Sequence record: NC_049977.1
Origin: Bacteroides phage crAss001
DNA: 32,000 nt
Reading direction: 5' to 3' (one strand)
In this document: piece after piece, positions 1-9,481 of the stretch
How the letters are laid out: the number at the start of each line of letters is the position of its first letter
Numbering within the stretch: the stretch's first letter is position 1
Translations under genes and position numbers: made by a program
Notes under the pieces: model-generated
What the model was told of the DNA's origin: nothing
The model's database searches: none
What the model saw: only the letters and a program-made list of their open reading frames with translations

Positions 1-3000
1 CAATCTTCTCAATCTTATCCTCAGAAGATACTCTATACTTCTCTCTATTAGCTTTATATGTCTTCCAGAGATTATATTCCTGACTATCCTTAGGAGCTTT
101 CCTACCATCATCTATGGCTCTGTTTACACTCTGTCTATATTCCTTCAACATTTCAGGAGATACAGCTTTTCCTTGTGTCAATTGAGCAACCAAATCATCA
201 ACAAACTGTCTTCTATTATACTTAGGAGTTATCTTGAACTCAGGTAACATGATATACAATTTATCCACATCAAAGTCAGAACCACTCAAGGTAGTAATCT
301 CTGATGGAAGCATGATTGAGCTACCATTTTGCTGAGGCAAGAAACCTTTGATATAAAGAGGAGCCATTGAGTATTTGTCCTCTGTTGGAACTCTATAACC
401 AATCAACTTTCTCAAGCTGTCTGGTAATTTATTTACATCCAGTTCATGAGTACCTGCCTTCATAAGAGGTTCATAGAACTTCCTACTATATGCTGGCATA
501 TAAACTTCGAGATATTTAATTCTCTTGTTCTCTCCTTCACCTTCAAAAACAATCTTCAATTCATCAGTAAGACCATAGTCAGATACCTGAATAAGTGCTC
601 CTCCTCTAATCTTCTGCTTAGTAATTCTACTCTTGATAATGCTGTTCAGTAATGTTTGTACCCTCTGAGATTGTACAGGGTCAAATAATGGAATATTGAA
701 TTGTCCTTTCTCATTAAGAGTACAGGCTCTAATCATATCAATTCCATATCTTTGATTACCTCTCAATTCCTCAAGAAGAATCTTCTCAACCTGTCTGGCA
801 TCCTTGAAGATTTCATTTACATCAGCAAAAGCCTGAATGATATTCTCAGTGTTAATAGCATTGTACATATCTAACCATTCCTGCTTAGACATTTCCCTGC
901 CATTTACATCAATCTTAACATCTGGACTAATATCTGCTGTAATCAGCTTTCTAATCTGAGTACCAACTAACTGAACTGCATCAATAGCATGTTCTGGAGT
1001 TGCAGTCTGAATACCATAGTCTTCATAGCTTACTTTATGAACCACATTAGGATTCTCAACACCATTCTGAGTAGTGGCATTCTTAAGTACAGACTTCACA
1101 TCTTCCTTAGTATTGACACTATTCAAATCAATAACACCTTGTTTCCCAACCTTAGTAGTTGATTCAAATTGAACTACATCAATTCCATTCTCTTCCATGA
1201 ACTCATTGATAGCTACAAGTTTACCTGATTTACCAAGTGGACCTGAAACTAACTGGTGCATAGCCATAAGAAGGAACTCAGAGTTCTTATGCTGAACTGG
1301 TGTCTTAATGCCTGTATGACCTTGAACTCCACTCATATTATTCACCTGAGTGTACACATAAGGTTTCTTAGTCTGCCAGATAATATTGAAATCAGCCATA
1401 TCCCACTTACCATTTTGGAAGTTATCAAAGGCTCTCTGCATATCATCTGTCCACTGACCAGACATATCAAGTATAGCTCTGTAAGAACTTAATGACCTAT
1501 AAGCCTGAGCATCTGCCACATTTACCTCTCTGAACTTATTCAAGATTAAATCCCTATCTCTCTTTGACATCTCACCTTTCTTGACTCTTTCATCAAGTAC
1601 AGTTGCAATATCATCAAGTGCAGAAGATACAATCTCATCATCCTTTAGATAGATAGTTCTCTCTTCCTTTCTACCATATTTAGAATTGGTATTAAGTCTA
1701 AGAGCAGGAGCATGAACTTCCTTATATCTCTTTTGGAAGTCCTCTATATTCTTGTAGAAAGCAAGGTCAGTTGTAGTGAGTTCAATGATTTGTGATGTAG
1801 CAAACTTACTATTCCAGAAGTATTCTCTCAACTTAGCTTTGGCATTATTTCTAATAACCAAGTTTCTGTTGATGCTATCTACTTCTTTGGGAGTAATCTC
1901 ACCTCTCACCATCTTCTCTCTCAACAAGTCCCTAATACTTTCAAAAAGAGTAGTTGCCCTTCTATCATCTACTGGATTATTATTGTTGTAATCCCTTAAA
2001 AGAATATCCATTTCTGTAGTCCACATTCCTTCAAGAGCCTTCTTTGCATTGTTCAAAGAAGTTGCTGTGTTTCTATTATAAGAACTTTGACCAGCATTTA
2101 CCCCAATTACTCCAAGATATTTGTACTTACCATTAGGAAGTTCTTCAAGTAAACCAGCTTTAGCCCACTCTCTATAAGTCTGTTCAAACTCATTATCAAG
2201 AGCTTCTCTCACTGACTCTCTGATGAACTCTCTTAATTCAGCACCAGTTCCTTCATTCTGGATTCTCTGGAACCTATCAAGGAAAGTTTCACCATTGTCA
2301 TATCTTACATCATTCAGAGCTGTAAGGAACTTAAACTCAGCACCACCAATACTCTTGATAGTACCATCTTTCTTCCTTACTATATCATAGTTTGCAATAG
2401 GAGCAATGTTGGGATTACCCTTTTGATATTCAACATCCCTTTGGTTTACAAGAGCTATTCTATCTACCTCTTGATTAACCAAGTCAACCATTCTATCAAG
2501 GATAATATCATCATACTTCATATACTCACCATCTTCTCCAATGATGCTATGATTGTCATACTTCCTGAATCTAATGAACTCAGCAGAAGGACTATCTGAA
2601 AGAATTGGCACATGGTAATTAGCCCATTGAACATCAGATTTACTGTTATCTGGGTCTCCAAAGTACTCTGTCAGTAATACTAAGGTATAATCTAAATCAT
2701 CCCAGTTCTGATATGCAACCTTATCTGAGTTAAGTAGAACCTTATGGCTCAATCCTCTTCTCATTTCAGGGTTATTTACCAGTTGCTCAATCCAGTCATT
2801 TCTCCATCTGCCATCCTTATAGAACCATTCATATTGTCCAAATTCATTTTCAACAAACTCTTTGAACCTTGCTTCATTACCCATAACATTCTTAAGCTGT
2901 TTAATCAACTTACCAAGATAGTTAGGAGTAACATGGCTATAGTATGACTTATCATTTTCCCTCACACTACTTTCAATGGCATCTTCTGTTACTTCTGCAA

Positions 3001-4723
3001 GCATCATAGCTATACTGTTGTAAGCAGAACCAAAGGTATTTATCAAATCCCCTCTCTTTTCAGTTCCATCTTCAAGAGTCTCAGATTTAACTTCACCTTT
3101 CTTTACACCACTGAATATAATGTTTAATTGAGGAAGAAGCAACATAATTGGGTCTGTTGCAGTACCCCCTTCATATTGCTTTATATTGGTCAGAGCATCT
3201 AATAATACACCTTGATTAGCATTGATACCAATCATATTAAGGAGCTTATTCAATGTCTTCCATACCTTTTCATCTTGCAGAAGTTCCAACCTTTGTTCTG
3301 TACTGAGATTGGTAAACCTGTTATTGAGAGCCTCAGTCCATTTAAGACCATTCTCTGCATTCTCAAGATTCAAGTCTCCATTCTTATCATAGATACTATC
3401 ATCATCAAGAAGATTACCATTCTCATAGTTATCCCTCCATTCATCAAGTAGATAATATACACCCTCAGGCTTATTGATAGCAATAGTTTCCATTTTGAAA
3501 GTACCATCAGCCTGTAGTTTCTTCTTCTGAATCCAGTAAGGCATAAAGTCTTTTCTGAAATCCTGATAGAACTGACTGAATAGTTTAGGCTCAGCCTGTA
3601 GTTTCTTGACTATTTGCTTAGTCCAAGGCTTGGTATTACCCAGAGTCTCCAGAAGTGGTAACATATCATCAGATGTAATCATATCTCTGAGCTTATCTAT
3701 AAGGGTTGCATGAACATAGTCTGCATCAAGAAATCTAAGATTTCCTAAATCATCCTTATCATACTTTCCTCTGTAGTCAAGTTGGGGTATCTCTCTGATT
3801 ACCTTTCTAACTTCCTGACTTAAAGACTCATGAGAACTTACTTCCCTATAATTAGTCATCCATCCATCCTTAAAAGCCTCATCCTTTACAAAATCATCAG
3901 CCTGTGTATCTACTGCACTATCTCCCTCAGGAGTATCATTATTAAGGTTGGCATCTTTAGGGGCAATATAATTAGGGTCAATCCTAATCCCCTCAGTGGC
4001 TATTAGTATAGTACTTGCTTCCTCAGCCAAGGGCTTGAAGTTATCTACTACCTTCTGATAAGCATTGGTTTTATATAATGCCTTCTTCTTTGCAGCTTCA
4101 TACTTCTGTTCATTACTATACCTCTCAGAACCCTTCATACTATTGATTGTATTCAGCTCTGATTGTATCCTATTCTCCTCAGAGTCAAGTATATAGTTAT
4201 TGAAATAATCCCTTACTCTACTAAATAAGCCAGCAGGTGTATATAACTTGATTATCTTGAACCTATCAAGAGTTCCTAACTCTTCTTTCAATTCATTCAC
4301 AGCAAGTACATCACCTTCTTTTTCAGCATCAGCAATTCTCTTATTAAGAGTATCATTGTGTTCTTGCAGTGCTGTATCTATTTCATTGCTAAAGAATCTT
4401 GCAATCAGACTAACCCTGTCTCTTCTTGTTCTTGGATCAAAGTCCAAATCTACTTTAGCTTGTTCTTCCACAGTGGAAATTCTTGGAGCTTCAAATGAAG
4501 GTGAAAGTGCTTTATCTAAAGCCTCTATCATTTCATCCTTACCTTTCCTTAGTTCTGCCCTAAAATTATTTAGTTCAGAAGCAGTAGGATAAGTGTCCCA
4601 GTCCTTATTATTCTTGTCTTGCCATAGCTCAACAAGTCCCTTGACTGATTCTATAGTTTCACCCTGTAATTTAGCAGCCAATTCTTCTATTGTAGAATTA
4701 GTTGTGATACATCTTTTACTCAT
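1..4723 (-). CDS. Giant single-chain DNA-directed RNA polymerase, crAss-like gp66 / YonO-type (partial, C-terminus beyond left edge)
   Basis: The frame starting MSKRCITTNSTIEELAAKLQGETIESVKGL at 4723 is in the same frame as the sequence at bases 1-60 (YKANREKYRVSSEDKIEKI), and the track reports no minus-strand stop-bounded ORF here. At 277..260 it encodes SGSDFDVDKLYIM, a DxDxD metal-binding motif. Upstream near 1140-1175 it encodes FESTTKVGKQG, a lysine-bearing segment like the other double-psi beta-barrel. I checked the frame at three points but did not translate every codon. Confidence 0.72.
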   Translation of the reverse strand, partial: MSKRCITTNSTIEELAAKLQGETIESVKGLVELWQDKNNKDWDTYPTASELNNFRAELRKGKDEMIEALDKALSPSFEAPRISTVEEQAKVDLDFDPRTRRDRVSLIARFFSNEIDTALQEHNDTLNKRIADAEKEGDVLAVNELKEELGTLDRFKIIKLYTPAGLFSRVRDYFNNYILDSEENRIQSELNTINSMKGSERYSNEQKYEAAKKKALYKTNAYQKVVDNFKPLAEEASTILIATEGIRIDPNYIAPKDANLNNDTPEGDSAVDTQADDFVKDEAFKDGWMTNYREVSSHESLSQEVRKVIREIPQLDYRGKYDKDDLGNLRFLDADYVHATLIDKLRDMITSDDMLPLLETLGNTKPWTKQIVKKLQAEPKLFSQFYQDFRKDFMPYWIQKKKLQADGTFKMETIAINKPEGVYYLLDEWRDNYENGNLLDDDSIYDKNGDLNLENAENGLKWTEALNNRFTNLSTEQRLELLQDEKVWKTLNKLLNMIGINANQGVLLDALTNIKQYEGGTATDPIMLLLPQLNIIFSGVKKGEVKSETLEDGTEKRGDLINTFGSAYNSIAMMLAEVTEDAIESSVRENDKSYYSHVTPNYLGKLIKQLKNVMGNEARFKEFVENEFGQYEWFYKDGRWRNDWIEQLVNNPEMRRGLSHKVLLNSDKVAYQNWDDLDYTLVLLTEYFGDPDNSKSDVQWANYHVPILSDSPSAEFIRFRKYDNHSIIGEDGEYMKYDDIILDRMVDLVNQEVDRIALVNQRDVEYQKGNPNIAPIANYDIVRKKDGTIKSIGGAEFKFLTALNDVRYDNGETFLDRFQRIQNEGTGAELREFIRESVREALDNEFEQTYREWAKAGLLEELPNGKYKYLGVIGVNAGQSSYNRNTATSLNNAKKALEGMWTTEMDILLRDYNNNNPVDDRRATTLFESIRDLLREKMVRGEITPKEVDSINRNLVIRNNAKAKLREYFWNSKFATSQIIELTTTDLAFYKNIEDFQKRYKEVHAPALRLNTNSKYGRKEERTIYLKDDEIVSSALDDIATVLDERVKKGEMSKRDRDLILNKFREVNVADAQAYRSLSSYRAILDMSGQWTDDMQRAFDNFQNGKWDMADFNIIWQTKKPYVYTQVNNMSGVQGHTGIKTPVQHKNSEFLLMAMHQLVSGPLGKSGKLVAINEFMEENGIDVVQFESTTKVGKQGVIDLNSVNTKEDVKSVLKNATTQNGVENPNVVHKVSYEDYGIQTATPEHAIDAVQLVGTQIRKLITADISPDVKIDVNGREMSKQEWLDMYNAINTENIIQAFADVNEIFKDARQVEKILLEELRGNQRYGIDMIRACTLNEKGQFNIPLFDPVQSQRVQTLLNSIIKSRITKQKIRGGALIQVSDYGLTDELKIVFEGEGENKRIKYLEVYMPAYSRKFYEPLMKAGTHELDVNKLPDSLRKLIGYRVPTEDKYSMAPLYIKGFLPQQNGSSIMLPSEITTLSGSDFDVDKLYIMLPEFKITPKYNRRQFVDDLVAQLTQGKAVSPEMLKEYRQSVNRAIDDGRKAPKDSQEYNLWKTYKANREKYRVSSEDKIEKI

Positions 4724-4754
4724 CTTGTTATAGATTTATAATTAAATTTATGTG

Positions 4755-4785
4755 CAAATATAAAGGTTGTTTTCTTAATATGCAA
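4755..4785 (-). promoter_or_regulatory. Bacteroidetes-type housekeeping sigma factor promoter upstream of the RNAP gene
   Basis: Minus strand reads TTG-CATATTAAGAAAACAACCTT(20 nt)-TATATTTG-CAC, matching the Bacteroidetes consensus (T)TTG...TAnnTTTG with normal spacing. It ends about 32 nt before the ATG at 4723. Confidence 0.7.
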
Positions 4786-4825
4786 GTTATTAAGGGTTTT
4801 CTTTTTGAGAGGTAAACCAAACTCT

Positions 4826-4858
4826 TTAAAAATAAGAAAGGGGAGACTTAGCTCCCCT
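4826..4858 (-). terminator. Intrinsic terminator after the 4864-5490 gene
   Basis: Minus strand AGGGGAG-CTAAGT-CTCCCCT followed by TTCTTATTTTT: 7-bp GC-rich stem and U-rich tail, 5 nt after the stop codon. Confidence 0.75.
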
Positions 4859-4863
4859 AACTG

Positions 4864-5490
4864 TTATTCAACTACATACTTAACACCATTGTACACCAAT
4901 TGAGATATTGTATTGATATTAACCAGTCTTTCACCAGTTTCTTTTGGACCTCTTACAACATCCATATCCATACATTTGTACTTACCATCCCTTGATACAA
5001 ACTGCATCTTGTAGCCTCTTAGTATCCTATATTCTCCTTCAATGAAGTCCTTAATAGGATTATTCTGAATGTGTTCCAGAGCTTCTTTATAAGCTACAGC
5101 CATTGACTTCTTAGCTTTCTTAGCCTTGTCAATCAAAGCTACAGCTTCTTGTCTTTGTGCTTCCCTTTCAGCTTCATATTGCTTCTTGGTCTTAGCTTTA
5201 TCCTGCTTTTGGAACACAACAGTAAATACCTCAGAAGATTTAATACCCTCAAAGATTGTCCTTATACCCGGAGTACCATCTTTCTTATCTTCCTTAGTCA
5301 CTTTTACTTCTTTGTCATATTGGTCAGAAGTATTAAGCAGGTCTTGGACATAACCATAACCTAATGTCACTGACTTTCCACTCTCTGTGTGTTTGAATTT
5401 AATTGTATCTTTATCAATCTCTTCAACAATGTAATGTGACTCTTCTGAGAATACATCACCTACTACTATCTCTTTAATATTGATTTTCAT
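4864..5490 (-). CDS. Hypothetical protein (208 aa, Lys-rich central helix)
   Basis: Intact ORF in the co-directional gene array; no recognised motif. Confidence 0.75.
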   Translation of the reverse strand: MKINIKEIVVGDVFSEESHYIVEEIDKDTIKFKHTESGKSVTLGYGYVQDLLNTSDQYDKEVKVTKEDKKDGTPGIRTIFEGIKSSEVFTVVFQKQDKAKTKKQYEAEREAQRQEAVALIDKAKKAKKSMAVAYKEALEHIQNNPIKDFIEGEYRILRGYKMQFVSRDGKYKCMDMDVVRGPKETGERLVNINTISQLVYNGVKYVVE

Positions 5491-5501
5491 TGTTCTTAAT
5501 T

Positions 5502-6269
5502 TTAATCTGTTACTTCTTTTGAATAAGCAGTATATACTGCATTTAATTCTACATCATCCTTTACAGAATCCATAGTAGCCATATACATAGCTTTTGTCCT
5601 TGTTCCACCTCTACTTAATGCAGCAGCTTCAATCACTTGAGAAGTTTTACCACTATTATTAAATGGAACACTCACACCATTTGTCATAGCAGAAAGCTCT
5701 TTGTACCATCCAACAAATATAGGGTTAATAGTCATAGTATCAAATTTGATACCTAATTCACTTGCCTTCTTAGCTTCTTCCCTCCAATCAATCTGGGCAT
5801 TACTTACAATTCCTTTGTAGCTATACCCTACTTTATGAGGTTCTGCATCAGCAATCAATAATACTGCTTTAGTAGAACCTTCTCTCCATGCAGTTTCCTC
5901 AGTGATTTTCTTAATGACTAACTCATAGAATTCATCACCATCTCCACCATATGTGTCTTGAGCTTCATTGATAAACTTGATGATTCTGTTTTCATCATTA
6001 GTAAGATTTAATACTTGATAAGCCTTACCAAAGTTATCCTTGCTCTTCATATCACAATAGTCACCAAATGCTACTATACCAATCCTTAAGTCAGGATTAG
6101 AACTGAACAGTTTGGGAACCAATTCCTTCACATGGGTCTTAACTGCATTAATATAAGCTGACATAGAGCCGGTTGTATCAAATGCAATCACCATGTCAAG
6201 CATACCATCAGTAGTAGATGGCTCTACTACTTTAGGCAGCTCTTTTGTCTTAATTAAATTTGTTCTCAT
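5502..6269 (-). CDS. von Willebrand factor A (VWA) domain protein
   Basis: MVIAFDTTGSMSAYINAVKTHVKELV (MIDAS-like DxTxS), LRIGIVAFGDYCD, TYGGDGDEFYELV, STKAVLLIADAEPH: characteristic VWA strand and MIDAS layout. Confidence 0.85.
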   Translation of the reverse strand: MRTNLIKTKELPKVVEPSTTDGMLDMVIAFDTTGSMSAYINAVKTHVKELVPKLFSSNPDLRIGIVAFGDYCDMKSKDNFGKAYQVLNLTNDENRIIKFINEAQDTYGGDGDEFYELVIKKITEETAWREGSTKAVLLIADAEPHKVGYSYKGIVSNAQIDWREEAKKASELGIKFDTMTINPIFVGWYKELSAMTNGVSVPFNNSGKTSQVIEAAALSRGGTRTKAMYMATMDSVKDDVELNAVYTAYSKEVTD

Positions 6270-6511
6270 TAAATGAACTTTTCAAGATTTGACATAAACT
6301 CTTGAGTCTCTTTCTGAGTTTCAGAGATGAAACCTATTTCATCCTCAAGGAGTTTTACCTTTTGTTTCTTACTGTCAATGTCTGCCTGCATTTCTGCATT
6401 TAATTTTGAAGCATCTTCATGTGCTTTCTTAAACATTGATTTTACTCCAGTCAGCCTTTCCTTAAATGAAGGCTTCGCAATAACTGCTTGTTTCTTACTT
6501 CCAAATGCCAT
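6269..6511 (-). CDS. Small predicted coiled-coil protein coupled to the VWA gene
   Basis: 80 aa ORF overlapping the VWA ORF by 1 nt; charged heptad-like composition (MQADIDSKKQKVKLLEDEIGFISETQKETQEFMSNLEKFI); poly(A) leader upstream. Confidence 0.7.
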   Translation of the reverse strand: MAFGSKKQAVIAKPSFKERLTGVKSMFKKAHEDASKLNAEMQADIDSKKQKVKLLEDEIGFISETQKETQEFMSNLEKFI

Positions 6512-6527
6512 TGTTTTTTTTTAGTTA

Positions 6528-7427
6528 TTAATCAGGATTGGCTTCATCATATAAATCCACCAAATAATTTCTTCTCAAAAACTCCATGTGTAATGGATGT
6601 GCCAGTTCTCTTGCTTGAGGATGAGCATTGCCTGCATCTCTTAACTTAAAGAAATGCTCCCAATCACTTATAAAACCAGTCATTACTAACTCAGTTTTAA
6701 GTGAATTAGGTAATACTGCTCTTGCTTGTTGAGGTGTCCACCCTAATTGAAGGAGATGGAAGTAATTCCACTCAGCATTAGTTATTGCTTCTATGAATTG
6801 TTCATCAGGAGTATAATCTTCTCTCTCCTTTTGTCCTATTTTACTAAGGGCAATGCAGTCTACTTCATACTCCCCAACAGGCATTGTACTCCATATAGGT
6901 AGTATATAAGTAATCTCATTACCAAACTTATCCTTAGAATAGTTACAATACCTTGTACTCTCTTGAGCAAAACTAAATACTCTATGCCTTACAAACTCAT
7001 GACTTACACCTCTATCACAAATAAACTTAACTGTGATTCTCTTCTTATGGTATTCTGTAGGATTACATTGATACTTTAATAAATCCAACCAATCATTCTC
7101 AACTAATACTCTATAGTTAGTAGTAATATAATTCAAATCAGTGGAGGAAACAAAGGTTATTTCACTATATTTATTATTAGCTAATTCCCACAATCTCACA
7201 TCTTCATTTGCAAAGTCTGGTTCTACTAATAGATATACAGTACCATGTTCCAACATAGCACCATGACCTGACTTAATCATTCTTTCCACAAACTCTTTAG
7301 CAGAAGTTTCTGTTATCTTATCCTCAGATTTATAACATACTCTTCCTGCCCTTTCAATCTGTTTGTAAATTCCTTCAAGACCTTCTTGTTGGTCCCAAAT
7401 CTCAAAACTTGGTTTAATTATTCTCAT
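6528..7427 (-). CDS. thyX: Flavin-dependent thymidylate synthase ThyX
   Basis: HGAMLEHGTVYL, EFVRHRVFSFAQESTRYCNYSKDKFGNEITY (RHR...S ThyX signature with ESTRY), AQARAVLPNSLKTELVMTG. Confidence 0.95.
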   Translation of the reverse strand: MRIIKPSFEIWDQQEGLEGIYKQIERAGRVCYKSEDKITETSAKEFVERMIKSGHGAMLEHGTVYLLVEPDFANEDVRLWELANNKYSEITFVSSTDLNYITTNYRVLVENDWLDLLKYQCNPTEYHKKRITVKFICDRGVSHEFVRHRVFSFAQESTRYCNYSKDKFGNEITYILPIWSTMPVGEYEVDCIALSKIGQKEREDYTPDEQFIEAITNAEWNYFHLLQLGWTPQQARAVLPNSLKTELVMTGFISDWEHFFKLRDAGNAHPQARELAHPLHMEFLRRNYLVDLYDEANPD

Positions 7428-7870
7428 TCTTCCAATATTACAATTTCATCAAAATCAACTTCCTTAGGAAAGTCCTGTCTTCTCACCTTCTCTTCAAGGG
7501 CTTCCTTAATCTGTTCCTCCTCTGCATCTGGAGGTAATTCAACCTCATCATAATATGATATGGCTACACTCACAAACCTCTTATGTTTTACATCAAGAGG
7601 TGCATTCCAAGGTGCTCTGGGGTCTTCATCAGCCCCTAATGGTGCATTACTCATTCTCTTTTCCTTTTTAAGTTTCTTAATATTTATCTCTAAATTATTC
7701 TCTTTGATTAATCTTCTTGCAATAACACTTTCAAGTTTTAATGGGATGCTAATATGTCTGCCTTTTTCATTAAGGTAGATAGCATGGTCTCCATTATGTC
7801 TGTCATAATAGAAACCATTAGCTACTACCACCCTAACAAACTCTCTATGTGTAAATTGCTTCATCACCAA
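7424..7870 (-). CDS. Hypothetical protein (148 aa)
   Basis: Intact ORF overlapping both neighbouring genes by a few nt; acidic C-terminus. Confidence 0.7.
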   Translation of the reverse strand: MVMKQFTHREFVRVVVANGFYYDRHNGDHAIYLNEKGRHISIPLKLESVIARRLIKENNLEINIKKLKKEKRMSNAPLGADEDPRAPWNAPLDVKHKRFVSVAISYYDEVELPPDAEEEQIKEALEEKVRRQDFPKEVDFDEIVILEE

Positions 7871-8406
7871 AGCTCTTTAATCCTTCTAAAGTCCTCACCT
7901 TGAGGTACTGGACAATCCTTCACCCACTCCATTTCTTTGACATTCCATAGTGACAAATCAATATACTCAGGAAGGAGAAGTTTCATATCAGCAAAGAGAT
8001 TAAGTCTAAGAGATTTCCCTTTAACAAAGTCAAAATCAGTTTCCTTAACATCTTGCATCATATTGTTCAGTTCCACAAACCTCTCAACATCTATTAGACT
8101 ATGAGGAGTCAAGACTATACCATCTGCATAAGCTAATATAGTCCTTACTCTGTTCCAAGCAGCTATTGAAGTGTACACATATACCTTTGGAATGTCTGTA
8201 TAAACTTCACTAATAACTCGAATAGACCTTATTAATTCAGCTACTTTGTTAGTGTGAATCAAAGGTTCTCCTCCAGTAATCATTATCTCTTCATAGTTCC
8301 ATCTATCCACTACTGGTAAAGATGAAAAATCCCATGAGTTATTACAACACATGGGACACTTATTAGGACATTTAGTTGTTACTAATAACCTAAGTTTCTT
8401 ATTCAT
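7864..8406 (-). CDS. Small radical SAM superfamily protein
   Basis: VTTKCPNKCPMCC (CxxxCxxC [4Fe-4S] motif) and EEIMITGGEPLIHTNKVAELI (GGEP motif). Confidence 0.85.
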   Translation of the reverse strand: MNKKLRLLVTTKCPNKCPMCCNNSWDFSSLPVVDRWNYEEIMITGGEPLIHTNKVAELIRSIRVISEVYTDIPKVYVYTSIAAWNRVRTILAYADGIVLTPHSLIDVERFVELNNMMQDVKETDFDFVKGKSLRLNLFADMKLLLPEYIDLSLWNVKEMEWVKDCPVPQGEDFRRIKELW

Positions 8407-8717
8407 GATACTACATCTTTATAAGTTACCACTTGTTCAGCCATAAGACCATTACAAGGAGGTACAATCACTTGTTCAATTCTTGTTACTTTATACAGAT
8501 ATGAACTCCCATTGTATATACCATTACTCTTCAAGAGCATTTCTGCCTGTTGAGGATTAATAGCCTTACACATTGCACATCCCTTACCTATACCAGTAAC
8601 TTCATATTCCATAACCCAGAGTTGCATTGCTCCATCAGGAGCACAACCTACATCTACCCTATCTCTATTAGGGACTATATTATCTGGGGCACAATAAATT
8701 CCTTGTTGTCCTGCCAT
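8403..8717 (-). CDS. Cysteine-rich small hypothetical protein
   Basis: ORF overlapping the radical SAM ORF by 4 nt; internal doublet YCAPDN / GCAPDG, then GCAMC and PPCNG. Confidence 0.65.
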   Translation of the reverse strand: MAGQQGIYCAPDNIVPNRDRVDVGCAPDGAMQLWVMEYEVTGIGKGCAMCKAINPQQAEMLLKSNGIYNGSSYLYKVTRIEQVIVPPCNGLMAEQVVTYKDVVS

Positions 8718-8718
8718 A

Positions 8719-8994
8719 TTAATAACTCCTTAATTCATTACACTTCTTGCATAAGCCATTCTTATAAACAGGCTTACCACAAATTCTACATCTCTCTACA
8801 GCATTAAAGCCTAATTCTCTACTGGATTGAGTTGAATTACCTACTACATCTCTAATTAGAGTCATAGCCTGTGAAATCTTTTCTGTTTCAGTAGCAGTTA
8901 ATATATTATTAGAGCTTGCTGTAACAATATACATACCCTTCAATCTCCAGAGTATTCTACTCCTTTCCTGCCATCTTCTTTGTTTTTCTGTCAT
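8719..8994 (-). CDS. Small zinc-ribbon-like protein
   Basis: C-terminal CRICGKPVYKNGLCKKC (CxxC...CxxC). Confidence 0.7.
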   Translation of the reverse strand: MTEKQRRWQERSRILWRLKGMYIVTASSNNILTATETEKISQAMTLIRDVVGNSTQSSRELGFNAVERCRICGKPVYKNGLCKKCNELRSY

Positions 8995-8995
8995 A

Positions 8996-9481
8996 CTATC
9001 TATTATACCTATACATACTTTTCACTTTATCTGCCCTACCCATACTTCCATCATAGATAACATAAGTTTCAAAGATTGAAGCATCAGGTCTAATCTTCCT
9101 TAAAGCAACTGAAATACCAGCTCTTGTTCTTCCTAAATAATAGGAGTCATCAATGAATATCCAGTTCCTACAAAGCAACTTATCCTTAAATATAAGTGCT
9201 TCATTGCCCAATCTGATACCACCATTAGTGACAATTACTTCTTTAAAAGTTTCAGTCAGTCTGTCACCATACATTGTCATAATGGCATTACCAAACCCTC
9301 CACTAACAATTAATCCAGTGTCACCAAGATTTAGTTTCTTTCCAGCATCATTCATAAAGAATGAGAGAAAGTCTTCAAGTATGCTTCTATCTCCTTTAAT
9401 CATAAAGTCAAGAGCATTGAAGAACTCCTCTCCTTCTTTGTGTTGTTTTAGAATGACACCTATCTTTTCATTCAATGTCAT
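8996..9481 (-). CDS. Phosphoribosyltransferase-like protein
   Basis: WIFIDDSYYLGRTRAGI resembles the PRPP-binding loop (DD..x.G.T/R) of type I phosphoribosyltransferases; LIVSGGFGNAI upstream. Confidence 0.55.
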   Translation of the reverse strand: MTLNEKIGVILKQHKEGEEFFNALDFMIKGDRSILEDFLSFFMNDAGKKLNLGDTGLIVSGGFGNAIMTMYGDRLTETFKEVIVTNGGIRLGNEALIFKDKLLCRNWIFIDDSYYLGRTRAGISVALRKIRPDASIFETYVIYDGSMGRADKVKSMYRYNR

